Source: an uncultured Phocaeicola sp. (GTDB lineage Bacteria > Bacteroidota > Bacteroidia > Bacteroidales > Bacteroidaceae). Taken from it: a stretch of DNA of 64,000 nucleotides. Both the position numbers and the translations under genes were made by a program. The notes below the pieces were generated by a model that was not told the origin of the DNA, did no database searches, and saw only the letters and a list, made by a program, of their open reading frames with translations. Position 1 is the stretch's first letter, and each line of letters begins with the position of its first letter. Shown one piece after another: positions 9,953 to 19,463 of the stretch. The stretch spans positions 48,709 through 112,708 of the forward strand of contig CAOYQO010000003.1 of the NCBI GenBank assembly GCA_948566455.1, written 5' to 3'.

Positions 9953-11350
9953 ATGAAAAAATTAGTGGAAAAATTACTGAGTTGGTGCAAAAAGAGTATG
10001 AAAATGAGGAGATGCGTGGGAAAAAGCACGGCTCCGGTTACCGGGCAGTCGGTGGGGCAAACCGGAAATGCGGAAGGGGTGTTGCCTTCAACGGCTACGG
10101 AAACGGTGGATGAAATTGTTCTCCCAGCGGCTGTCGAAACAGCTGGCATGGCAGAAACTATCGATGAAAAGGCGACTTTTGGCAAATCGGGGCGCAAGAA
10201 ACCGGAGAATATGCTGGAGGCCTTGCAGTGCTTTTTGACTGCACGGTATAATTTCCGTTATAACCTTCTCACCGAACAGACGGAGTATCGTGGGAAAGAG
10301 ATGCCGGATGAAGAGTATGGTATAGTGGCTCAACGCGATTTGAATACATTCTGTCTGGAGGCGCGTTCCGGTGGCATCAACTGCTGGGATAAGGATGTGA
10401 GCCGTCTGCTCCATTCCAGAAAGGTGGAAAACTATCATCCTTTTCTACATTATATGAGCCACTTGCCTCAGTGGGACGGAGTGGATCGTGTAACTCCGCT
10501 GGCCGTGCGTATATCGCGTAAGCCGATGTGGGTGAAAGGGTTTCACCGTTGGATGCTGGGTGTTGCCGCCCAATGGCTGGGGCAGGCGCAGGATTGCGCC
10601 AATGCGGTGGCGCCTATGTTGGTGAGCCGTGAGCATGGGAAGCGCAAGTCTTCTTTTTGCAAGATTTTGATGCCTAAGGAACTTACACCTTATTATATAG
10701 ACAAGTTCGACCTGACGAGCGAGAGTGGATGTGAACAGAAACTTTCGCTTTTCGGATTGATCAATATGGATGAGTTCGACAAGTACCGTGCCGGACAGAT
10801 GCCTGCCTTAAAGAATCTGATGCAGATGACCACACTGACTTTCCGCAGGGCACATCGTCCGGCATTCAGTCATCTGCCTCGTATCGCCTCTTTCATCGGT
10901 ACGTCCAATATGACGGATCTGCTGACTGATCCCACAGGAAGCCGCCGTTTCCTCTGTGCGGAAGTGGATGATAAGATTGACTGCACACCGCCCGATCATG
11001 CGCAGCTGTTCGCCCAGCTGAAAGCGGAGCTGTCCGGAGGAGAGCGTTACTGGTTCTCGGAAGAGGAAGAAAAGGAGATACAGCACAGCAACCGGAATTT
11101 TTATAAAATGCCTGCCGAACAGGAATTGTTTTTGCGTTGTTTCCGGATGCCGCAGGAAGGGGAGTTGTCCAAGCCCTATACCACGACGGATTTGTTCAAT
11201 TATTTGCAGAAACATTATCCGGCGGCCATGCGTGGGGTGACTCCGAACCGGTTGGGCAGGATGATGGTTGCATTGGGGATACAGCGTGTTCATACCGAGT
11301 ATGGCAATGTGTACCGGCTGGTGAAGCTGAAGGATTCTTCCGCGGCCTGA
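9953..11350 (+). CDS. VapE/VirE-like P-loop NTPase (SF3-helicase-like)
   Basis: HPFLHY...WDGVDR, atypical Walker A REHGKRKSS, Walker B LINMDEFD, SFIGTSN, DPTGSRRF. Confidence 0.85.
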   Translation: MKKLVEKLLSWCKKSMKMRRCVGKSTAPVTGQSVGQTGNAEGVLPSTATETVDEIVLPAAVETAGMAETIDEKATFGKSGRKKPENMLEALQCFLTARYNFRYNLLTEQTEYRGKEMPDEEYGIVAQRDLNTFCLEARSGGINCWDKDVSRLLHSRKVENYHPFLHYMSHLPQWDGVDRVTPLAVRISRKPMWVKGFHRWMLGVAAQWLGQAQDCANAVAPMLVSREHGKRKSSFCKILMPKELTPYYIDKFDLTSESGCEQKLSLFGLINMDEFDKYRAGQMPALKNLMQMTTLTFRRAHRPAFSHLPRIASFIGTSNMTDLLTDPTGSRRFLCAEVDDKIDCTPPDHAQLFAQLKAELSGGERYWFSEEEEKEIQHSNRNFYKMPAEQELFLRCFRMPQEGELSKPYTTTDLFNYLQKHYPAAMRGVTPNRLGRMMVALGIQRVHTEYGNVYRLVKLKDSSAA

Positions 11351-11367
11351 TACTTTTTCCCGGTGTG

Positions 11368-11428
11368 ATCCTTCAGCCGGAACGCCCTTCTGCAAAGAGT
11401 TTGCGGGAGGGCTGAAGCTTTTGAAGGA
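11368..11428 (-). repeat. Right imperfect inverted arm of HU/VapE cassette
   Basis: Reverse complement aligns with 8784-8844; extra GCTGAAGGAT copy at 11326-11335 inside the VapE 3' end. Confidence 0.8.
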
Positions 11429-11460
11429 TTTTTCAGGGGGAATCGTATAAGGAGAAATAA

Positions 11461-11743
11461 ATGAAAAAGATTGCTTGGCGATTTGTTTGTTCGACTTTTT
11501 TAGTGGTGGTGTTTTTATCTATAAAAACATGGAAGTGACAGTTTACATATTTATTACATTGTTTCTTCTTGGGATTGTCCGGAAACGAGATACTCCAAGT
11601 TTCATGCTGCTCCGGGAGATACTTTGCAGTTGAAAGTTTCCTTCCGGTCGGACAGCATAGGGGTGTTTGTCCGTGAATTTCATATCTATGGCAACTTTCC
11701 CTTTTTGCCACTTGGTCTGACGGTGGAGGGCGATTGCATATAA
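11461..11743 (+). pseudogene. Degraded DUF1573-like secreted protein remnant
   Basis: Signal-peptide-like MKKIAWRFVCSTFLVVVFL in one frame; another frame reads GSDSLHIYYIVSSWDCPETRYSKFHAAPGDTLQLKVSF..G.F..IYGN..PL.LTVEG. Confidence 0.45.
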
Positions 11744-11837
11744 GGCAAGCTCATAGCATATAAGGGAAAGAATTAACAGGATAATTTTGTTTTTATCGAA
11801 GGTTTATTGCTAACTTTGCTCTACCATCGTAATATGG

Positions 11838-12425
11838 ATGAAAAGCACAACCGATATACAAATGAGCAAAATGCCTGGAAATTCTTTTAATGATATCTAT
11901 ACCTCTTATTATAAGAAGTCTTTTTTCTTTGCCAAATCATACGTTCATAATGATTTGGCGGCAGAAGATATTGCCTCCGAGGCATTAATAAAGTTGTGGG
12001 AAAAGTTGAAGGCCGAGCCTGTTGAAGAGAAATATATCTTACCATTGTTACTGACAATTTTGAAGAACAAGGCTTTGGACTATCTAAAGCACGAGGAGGT
12101 AAAACGCAGTGCTTTTGAAGTGATGGCCGACTGGCAACAACAGGAATTGTCTATCCGTATGTCTGCCTTGGAAGCGTGCAATCCTGATGAGATTTTTTCG
12201 GAAGAAGTGGAAAAAATCATCAGTGCTACTTTAAGTACCTTGTCGGAACAGACGCGACGGGCATTTATTTTGAGCCGTTTTGAAAATAAACCCAATAAAG
12301 AGATTGCCGAAGAGATGGAAATCTCTATAAAGGGGGTGGAATATCATATATCAAAAGCATTGAAAGTACTGCGGGTGACTTTAAAAGATTATCTTCCTTT
12401 ATTTTATTTCTTCTTTTATTATTAA
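11838..12425 (+). CDS. ECF RNA polymerase sigma-70 factor 2
   Basis: AEDIASEALIKLWE; NKEIAEEMEISIKGVEYHISKALK; TAACTTTG -7 box at 11811-11818. Confidence 0.93.
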   Translation: MKSTTDIQMSKMPGNSFNDIYTSYYKKSFFFAKSYVHNDLAAEDIASEALIKLWEKLKAEPVEEKYILPLLLTILKNKALDYLKHEEVKRSAFEVMADWQQQELSIRMSALEACNPDEIFSEEVEKIISATLSTLSEQTRRAFILSRFENKPNKEIAEEMEISIKGVEYHISKALKVLRVTLKDYLPLFYFFFYY

Positions 12426-12543
12426 GCCTGACCGGATGGGGATACGGATGTTTTTGAGGACAGAAATGATTTTTTTATATTTTTCTTCATTTTCTTTTAG
12501 GGTAGTTTCTTCTTGAGTCGTTTCTAATAAAACAGCATAGAAT

Positions 12544-13488
12544 ATGAATCCTGAATTATTGCAAAAATATATAGCCGGAAATGCTACTGAAGCCGAAAAG
12601 CAGCGTGTGACCGAATGGATACAGGAAAATCCTGAGAACATGCGTGAATATATGGCACAACGGAAGTTGCATGACATGGCATTGTGGCGTACGGAACCTG
12701 TGGCGGAGGAGAATAGCCGGGAAAGGAAACATTTCTCGTTACGCGGAGTATGTATGGAAGCTGCCAAGATAGCAGCGGTATTGGCGATCGTCTTGTTGGG
12801 TACACATTATTGGACAGGAAAACATCAGGTACCGGAAGACAAAACATGGCAGTCTATTTATGTGCCGGCGGGCCAACGGGCGGAATTGATGTTGGCGGAT
12901 GGTACGAAGGTTTGGTTGAACTCACGCAGTACCTTGACTTTCCCGGGAAGTTTCAAAGGGAATATCCGAAATGTGAAATTGGATGGTGAGGGTTACTTTG
13001 CGGTGACAAAGAATGTGGAACAGCCTTTTATTGTAGAGACGAACAAATGTAATGTGAAGGTGCTGGGTACAGAGTTCAATGTAATGGCTTATGCAGCGGA
13101 TAGCGTATGGGAAACTTCTTTGTTGGAAGGTGCTGTAGAAATTTTAGTGCCCGGTTCGAATAACAGTGGAATGAGGCTGGAACCGAACATGATGGCCAGC
13201 TTGAAAGGCAACAGACTGGTGAAAGGACGCATCAAGGAGGTCGATTATTTTTTGTGGCGTGAGGGCTTGCTTTGTTTCAATGATATATCCGTACGTGATA
13301 TGATAGAGAAACTGAAACTGTATTATGGGGTGGATATTGTAGTAAATAATACCCGGATTCTAAAGAACCGTTATACAGGTAAATTCCGCACGAAAGATGG
13401 GGTGGAACACGTACTGAAAGTTTTGAAACTCAATAATAAGTTTACTTATACAAAGAATGATGAGACAAATGTGATAACAATTAATTAA
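12544..13488 (+). CDS. FecR family anti-sigma factor
   Basis: LLQKYIAG...W, TM segment, LADGTKVWLNSRSTL, LDGEGYF, VLGTEFNV. Confidence 0.93.
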   Translation: MNPELLQKYIAGNATEAEKQRVTEWIQENPENMREYMAQRKLHDMALWRTEPVAEENSRERKHFSLRGVCMEAAKIAAVLAIVLLGTHYWTGKHQVPEDKTWQSIYVPAGQRAELMLADGTKVWLNSRSTLTFPGSFKGNIRNVKLDGEGYFAVTKNVEQPFIVETNKCNVKVLGTEFNVMAYAADSVWETSLLEGAVEILVPGSNNSGMRLEPNMMASLKGNRLVKGRIKEVDYFLWREGLLCFNDISVRDMIEKLKLYYGVDIVVNNTRILKNRYTGKFRTKDGVEHVLKVLKLNNKFTYTKNDETNVITIN

Positions 13489-13530
13489 CCCTTAAAAAAG
13501 AATATGCCTATGAAATAACACACCTGGTCT

Positions 13531-13629
13531 AAAAAAGAAATGGGATAGTGCTGCAACACCATCCCATGGAATGTCAATGACGCATTGACAATTTTTTCTC
13601 AAATAATCTTAAGTTGAACCTAAAATTAG
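13531..13629 (-). ncRNA. Putative cis-antisense sRNA in the FecR-susC2 intergenic region (DonS-like)
   Basis: Minus-strand TATATTTG at 13635-13642 overlapping the susC2 start; hairpin 13540-13567 followed by a T-rich tail on the minus strand; ends approximate. Confidence 0.55.
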
Positions 13630-13641
13630 TAATGCAAATAT

Positions 13642-16600
13642 ATGAAAAATATTTTGTATCAGGAATCTATTGTAGAAATTAAACATTTATTCCGTATGAT
13701 GAGAAACACACTCTTAGCCCTGTTTGTCTTTGCCGGAACAGCCTTTGCCACTGAGTCTTATTCTCAGACAATGAAGGTGACTGTTGTGGCGGATAACGTG
13801 TCAACAGGCAAGGTAATCAGTGAAATAGAAAAACAGACAGATTATCTGTTTGTGTATAATGTGAACGAGGTGAATCTGAAGCGCAATGTGAAGGTGAATG
13901 CGCAGAACAAATCTGTAGCCGAAGTGCTGAATAAGGTTTTTGAAGGTACTGATATTTATTATGCCATGGAGGGTAAGAATATCATGCTGATGAGTAAGGC
14001 GAAAGACGGGGAAGCTGCCCAACAGGCAAATAAAGTGACAGGTATTGTGAAAGATGCGAATGGCGAGCCGGTAATCGGTGCCAATGTAATGGTTAAAGGT
14101 CAGTCAATAGGTACGATAACAGATATAGATGGGCGGTTTGTGTTGGATGCCCCGAAAGAAGCCGTTTTACAGATTACGTATATCGGGTATGTTTCTCAAG
14201 AAGTGAAAGTTTCTGGAAAGAGAGAAATTAATGTAGTATTGAAGGAAGATACAGAAACTCTTGATGAAGTGGTGGTGGTTGGATTTGGTACGCAAAAGAA
14301 AGTGAATCTGACAGGAGCTGTAGGACTTGCTACTGCTAAAGAATTAGAATCTCGTCCTGTGACTTCAGCTACACAAGCCTTACAAGGATTGGTACCTGGT
14401 TTGCAGATATCAACAAGTACGGGTGAACTGGACAAGACCGCAGATATCAGTATCCGTGGTACAGGAACTATTGGTGAGGGTTCCAGCGGTGCACCTCTTA
14501 TTCTAATTGATGGAATGGAAGGAGATTTGAATACAGTCAATCCTCAAGACATAGAAAATATTTCTGTATTGAAAGATGCTGCCGCATCATCCATCTATGG
14601 TTCCCGTGCTCCCTTTGGGGTCATTTTGGTAACAACCAAATCGGGTAAAAAAGGAAAGACCAACATAAATTATAATAACAGTTTCCGTATATCTACTCCA
14701 ATAAATATGCCGGAAATGATGGACTCTTATACATTTGCCAATTTCATGAACAGTGGTTCTCTTAACCAAGGTGGCGGACTTATCTTTACCGAAGACCTGA
14801 TGCGGGAAATGTTGAATTGGCAAGCTGCTGGTGGAGGCAGTACGGGAGGAGTCAAGGCTTCATCCAACGGTCAATGGGGCAAGCCTGAATATGATCCGTT
14901 TACAACAGCTTGGGCAAACACTAACTGGTATGATGAAGTTTATAAATCTTCAACCTTTTCTCAAGAACATAATGTCAGCCTTAACGGAGGAAGTGATATT
15001 GTTGCCTATTATGCTTCCTTCAATTATTTAGATCAAGGAGGTTTGTTAAAAGCCGGCGATGACGGACTTCAACGTTATAATGTGACAGCTAAAATCAATG
15101 CCAATCTGACTCCATGGTTAAAATTCAACTACAGCACACGCTTTACTCGCAATGATGTATGGCGTCCTACCAGCTTTAACAGTTCTTTTTATGATCAGTT
15201 GGGAAGAGCTACTTGGCCCAATTTACCGGTTAAAGATCCCAATGGATATTATCTTGACAATGGTTGGACCAATCCTGTTCAAAACCTGTCTGAAGGAGGA
15301 AAGCGTAATGCGCAAACAGACCGTCTTTACCAGCAGGCTTCTTTAATCATTGAACCAATAAAGAATTGGACTACCCATGTAGAATTCAACTATAGTATAA
15401 AAAACTCTTCAGTAAAAGAAACTTCTCTTCCTGTTTATAACCATGATATAGAAGGAAATGTGATAAATACAAATAAAGATTCTTACCTTTATCAAGACCA
15501 GACAAAAGAGAATTATTTGAATTTGAATATTTATAGCGAGTACTTTCATTCTTTTAACAACATTCATAACACGAAAATTATGCTTGGTTTCCAAACCGAA
15601 AGTATGCAACAAGAATTTTCATCCACACAAAAATATGGTGTCATGATAGGGGACATGCCTTATTTTGATATCACAACCGGATTGGACGGGAAAGGCAATG
15701 TCAAGGCAACTAAAGCTAACGGAAATGGTAAGAGGTGGAAAACAGCTGGTTTCTTCGGTCGTTTAAACTACGATTATATGGGTCGCTATTTAGCAGAAAT
15801 CAACATGCGTTACGACGGTTCTTCCCGTTTCCGTCGAGGAAGTCGCTGGCAATGGTCTCCTTCATTCTCTTTAGGCTGGAACATCGCTCAGGAAAAATTC
15901 TGGGAGTCACTGACAGATATAGCCAACACATTAAAATTACGTGTTTCTTATGGTGAATTGGGTAACCAGAATACTACAGCATGGTATCCTACCTATCGTG
16001 ACATGATACTAAAATCATCTAACGGAACATGGTTGCAAGACAACCAAAAACCTAATACAGCAGAACCTGGTGATTTAGTCAGCAACTCTTTAACATGGGA
16101 AAAAGTCCGTACTTGGGATGTCGGTTTTGACTATGGTTTCTTTAACAACCGTCTGACAGGTAGTTTTGATTACTACATTCGTTATACAGACGGCATGGTG
16201 GGACCTGCTCCTGAGCTTCCTTCTACACTAGGTACCTCTGCCCCTAAAACCAATAACTGTAATTTGAGAACAAACGGTTGGGAATTATCTATCGGTTGGA
16301 GAGACCGTTTAAATAGTGGATTGGGATATAGTGCCACTTTCACCCTTTCAGATGCTAAGACTATTGTCACTAGCTATCCAAGCAATGCCACTAACACTAT
16401 TGGTTTGAACAAATATGTTGAAGGACGAGAAATAGGTGAAATCTGGGGATTGCAAACAATAGGAATAGCTAAATCAGAAGAAGAGATGCAAGCTCATCTA
16501 TCTTCATTACCCAAAGGAGGACAAGAAGCGATTGGCTCCAAATGGTCTGCCGGTGATATTATGTATCGTGATTTGAACGGTGACGGAAAAATATCTAAAG

Positions 16601-17190
16601 GTGCCAGCACATTAGACGATCATGGCGATTTGAAAGTTATTGGTAACAGCACTCCCCGATATTTTTTTGGTATTGATCTGAATGCAGATTGGAAAGGTTT
16701 TGATGTTCGTCTTTTCTTTCAAGGAGTAATGAAACGGGATTATTGGGGAAAAGATAATTTCTGCGGTTATCTATTTGGTGCAAGAGGAGATAAAGACATG
16801 TGGCATGCCCGTGGCTTGGTAGAACATCAAGATTATTTCCGCGCTCAGGCAATAGGTATCGACGGACACGAACTTCCGGCAAACCTAGATGCTTATTATC
16901 CACGACCTGTATTTAAGGAAGGAGCTAAAAACCAAGAAACCCAAAGCCGTTATTTACAAGATGCATCCTATATTCGTTTAAAGAATTTCCAGTTGGGTTA
17001 TACTCTCCCAACCAAATGGATGAAAAATATAGGATTGACCAAATGCCGTGTGTTTGTTTCCGGAGAAAATCTTTGGACTGGAACATCATTGTCTTCTTTG
17101 TTTGATCCGGAAACAATTAGTGGAGGTAATGGTGGTAATGCTTATCCGTTATCAAGCACCTGGTCTTTTGGCTTAAGTTTAACACTTTAA
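13642..17190 (+). CDS. SusC/RagA TonB-dependent transporter with STN domain (pair 2)
   Basis: LDEVVVVGFG, VLKDAAASSIYGSRAPFGVILVTTK, RYDGSSRF, terminal FGLSLTL. Confidence 0.95.
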   Translation: MKNILYQESIVEIKHLFRMMRNTLLALFVFAGTAFATESYSQTMKVTVVADNVSTGKVISEIEKQTDYLFVYNVNEVNLKRNVKVNAQNKSVAEVLNKVFEGTDIYYAMEGKNIMLMSKAKDGEAAQQANKVTGIVKDANGEPVIGANVMVKGQSIGTITDIDGRFVLDAPKEAVLQITYIGYVSQEVKVSGKREINVVLKEDTETLDEVVVVGFGTQKKVNLTGAVGLATAKELESRPVTSATQALQGLVPGLQISTSTGELDKTADISIRGTGTIGEGSSGAPLILIDGMEGDLNTVNPQDIENISVLKDAAASSIYGSRAPFGVILVTTKSGKKGKTNINYNNSFRISTPINMPEMMDSYTFANFMNSGSLNQGGGLIFTEDLMREMLNWQAAGGGSTGGVKASSNGQWGKPEYDPFTTAWANTNWYDEVYKSSTFSQEHNVSLNGGSDIVAYYASFNYLDQGGLLKAGDDGLQRYNVTAKINANLTPWLKFNYSTRFTRNDVWRPTSFNSSFYDQLGRATWPNLPVKDPNGYYLDNGWTNPVQNLSEGGKRNAQTDRLYQQASLIIEPIKNWTTHVEFNYSIKNSSVKETSLPVYNHDIEGNVINTNKDSYLYQDQTKENYLNLNIYSEYFHSFNNIHNTKIMLGFQTESMQQEFSSTQKYGVMIGDMPYFDITTGLDGKGNVKATKANGNGKRWKTAGFFGRLNYDYMGRYLAEINMRYDGSSRFRRGSRWQWSPSFSLGWNIAQEKFWESLTDIANTLKLRVSYGELGNQNTTAWYPTYRDMILKSSNGTWLQDNQKPNTAEPGDLVSNSLTWEKVRTWDVGFDYGFFNNRLTGSFDYYIRYTDGMVGPAPELPSTLGTSAPKTNNCNLRTNGWELSIGWRDRLNSGLGYSATFTLSDAKTIVTSYPSNATNTIGLNKYVEGREIGEIWGLQTIGIAKSEEEMQAHLSSLPKGGQEAIGSKWSAGDIMYRDLNGDGKISKGASTLDDHGDLKVIGNSTPRYFFGIDLNADWKGFDVRLFFQGVMKRDYWGKDNFCGYLFGARGDKDMWHARGLVEHQDYFRAQAIGIDGHELPANLDAYYPRPVFKEGAKNQETQSRYLQDASYIRLKNFQLGYTLPTKWMKNIGLTKCRVFVSGENLWTGTSLSSLFDPETISGGNGGNAYPLSSTWSFGLSLTL
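14029..14283 (+). repeat. Copy 2 of 255-bp block shared by susC1 and susC2
   Basis: About 88% identical to the reverse complement of 6193-6447. Confidence 0.9.
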
Positions 17191-17203
17191 TAATACATAT
17201 ACA

Positions 17204-19255
17204 ATGAAAATAAAACATATATTCTTATCTGTACTAATCGCTTCATCAGGATTTATATTTACTGCTTGCGATAACTATTTGGATGAAGTACCTGAGGCAT
17301 CTATTTCCCCAGAAGTATATTTTACAGAGGCAACCCATATTCAAGCCTCTGCAGATAATTTGTACTCTGATATTCTTCCCTCTCACGGAACAGGAAATAC
17401 ATATGGCATCTACAAAGATGATGCAACAACGGACAATCAAATAGAGGTTACAGCCCCCAATCGTTTTACTTCCACCTTGTGGAAAGTGGACAATGCGGAA
17501 ACCAGCAATTGGAACTTTGATAAAATATACAAAATCAATTTTGTATTATCGAATGTGTTGCCTAATTTTGGAGATAAAAATGCTGATGGAAACGACTTGA
17601 GCGGCAATGCCAATACCATCAATGGTGATCTTAACAGCATAAAACATTATATTGGTGAATTATTTTTTTTACGTGCTTGTGAATATTTTAAACGTTATCA
17701 GCTGTTTGGAGATTTTCCCATAATTACCCACCCATTGCTGGACGACAAAGAAGCATTGAGTGAAGCCAGTAAACGATCACCACGCAATGAAGTGGCTCGC
17801 TTTATTCTAAGTGATTTGGATAAAGCTATTACTTTGTTAAAAGCTAAAAATATGCCGACAACCAGAATAAATGCGGATGCTGCTATTTTATTAAAGTCGC
17901 GTGTGGCTCTATTTGAAGGTACTTGGTTGAAATATTTTAAGAATACGGCTTTTGTACCCAATGGTGACGGTTGGCCTGGCAAGACAAAAGATTATAATTC
18001 CACTTATCAGTATCCCAGTGGGAATATTGACAGTGAGATAGATTATTTCTTGGAAATCGCCATGACTGCCTCTAAAGATATCGCAGAACGCTATAAAAAC
18101 AGACTTACAGAAAATACAGGCGTTCTGCAGCAGTCAACTAACGAAGATGCTAACCCTTATTTTGACATGTTTGCTCAAGAAGATTTATCTTCAGTCGACG
18201 AAGTTCTGTTATGGCGTAGATACGCTTATAACTTAGTGCACCACAACGTAAATGTATATGCCAGCTGGGGAAACAATGGCGTGGGTGTCACTCGCAGCTT
18301 TGTGAATAACTTTTTGATGGCTGACGGCACTCCTGTTTATACCCATGGTGATTATATGAACGGAGATGGATATTATATGGGAGACAAAACCATACACGAC
18401 GTTCGTCAAAACAGAGATAGCCGATTGGTTATCTTTCTGAAAGAACCCGGACAACATAACATCTTAATAAAAGATGTGGTTGGTGAGACTGCCAATGTTG
18501 AAGAAACTTATCCATTGATTACCATTACAGACGGAGCACGCCGTTATGTAACTGGGTATGCCTTACGCAAAGGAGGAGCTTTCCATCAGAAATATTATTC
18601 CAATTCAAAAGGATATACCGCCTCTATTGCTTATCGTGCGACAGAAGCCTTGTTGAATTACATGGAAGCCAGTTATGAAAAGAATGGTACCTTGGACGGA
18701 GCAGCGACCGAATATTGGAAAATTATCCGCCGTCGTTCTCATGTAGATGAGGATTTTCAAAAGACTATTGCTTTAACGGATATGAGTAAAGAGGCTGAAA
18801 ATGATTGGGGAGCGTATTCCGGTGGTAAGTTAATAGACGCAACTCTCTATAATATACGTCGTGAGCGCCGATGTGAATTTATGGCGGATGGGCTTCGTTA
18901 TATGGACTTATGCCGTTGGCGTGCTATGGACCAGTTGATTGAACAACCTTATATACCGGAAGGTTTCCATTTATGGAACACTCCTATGCAGACTTGGTAT
19001 GCAGATTTGCTATATGATGGATCAGACGCTTCCAATGTTTCTTCACCTAATGTCAGCGAATACTTGCGCCCTTACCAGAAGAATTCTAAACAGACCTGTT
19101 ATAATGGTTTTACTTGGCGTATGGCTCATTATCTGCATCCCATTATGGTCAAGCAGTTTTTGATTACCGCCCCCGATAACAAAACAGTAGAAAATTCTCC
19201 TATCTATCAAAATCCATATTGGCCCATAGTACCGGATATGCCTGCTGAAAGATAA
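17204..19255 (+). CDS. SusD/RagB family lipoprotein (pair 2)
   Basis: Lipobox FTAC; RATEALLNYMEA, IRRERRCEFMADGLRYMDLCRW, QNPYW. Confidence 0.95.
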   Translation: MKIKHIFLSVLIASSGFIFTACDNYLDEVPEASISPEVYFTEATHIQASADNLYSDILPSHGTGNTYGIYKDDATTDNQIEVTAPNRFTSTLWKVDNAETSNWNFDKIYKINFVLSNVLPNFGDKNADGNDLSGNANTINGDLNSIKHYIGELFFLRACEYFKRYQLFGDFPIITHPLLDDKEALSEASKRSPRNEVARFILSDLDKAITLLKAKNMPTTRINADAAILLKSRVALFEGTWLKYFKNTAFVPNGDGWPGKTKDYNSTYQYPSGNIDSEIDYFLEIAMTASKDIAERYKNRLTENTGVLQQSTNEDANPYFDMFAQEDLSSVDEVLLWRRYAYNLVHHNVNVYASWGNNGVGVTRSFVNNFLMADGTPVYTHGDYMNGDGYYMGDKTIHDVRQNRDSRLVIFLKEPGQHNILIKDVVGETANVEETYPLITITDGARRYVTGYALRKGGAFHQKYYSNSKGYTASIAYRATEALLNYMEASYEKNGTLDGAATEYWKIIRRRSHVDEDFQKTIALTDMSKEAENDWGAYSGGKLIDATLYNIRRERRCEFMADGLRYMDLCRWRAMDQLIEQPYIPEGFHLWNTPMQTWYADLLYDGSDASNVSSPNVSEYLRPYQKNSKQTCYNGFTWRMAHYLHPIMVKQFLITAPDNKTVENSPIYQNPYWPIVPDMPAER

Positions 19256-19258
19256 GTT

Positions 19259-19296
19259 TTAGGGCATTCCAATTATAAAATATTGGAGTGCCCTAA
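19259..19296 (+). terminator. Stem-loop after susD2 (terminator or RNA-stabilising hairpin)
   Basis: TTAGGGCATTCCAAT / ATTGGAGTGCCCTAA; no clear U-tract. Confidence 0.55.
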
Positions 19297-19463
19297 TGAC
19301 AACTCGATATCATATGATTGATAAGAAAAGAGTAGCCATCATATGTACTACTTGTACGATGATACAGGAATCGTAACTAAATTCTATGTCTGCAACTCTT
19401 TATAATTCCGATATTTGTGAATACACACAAGCCGATACAAATCGGTGTTCATTCTTTATAATA

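Larger units (their letters stand above)
8784..11428. other. Inverted-repeat-bounded HU-like + VapE/VirE-like cassette (possible mobile or replication-associated element)
   Basis: Two divergent DNA-metabolism genes bounded by inverted arms, with a central repeat array; no recombinase gene. Confidence 0.6.

Noticed and set aside
8784..11428. Classical IS, prophage or ICE
   Set aside because: No transposase, integrase, relaxase or structural genes; no target-site duplication that I could identify.
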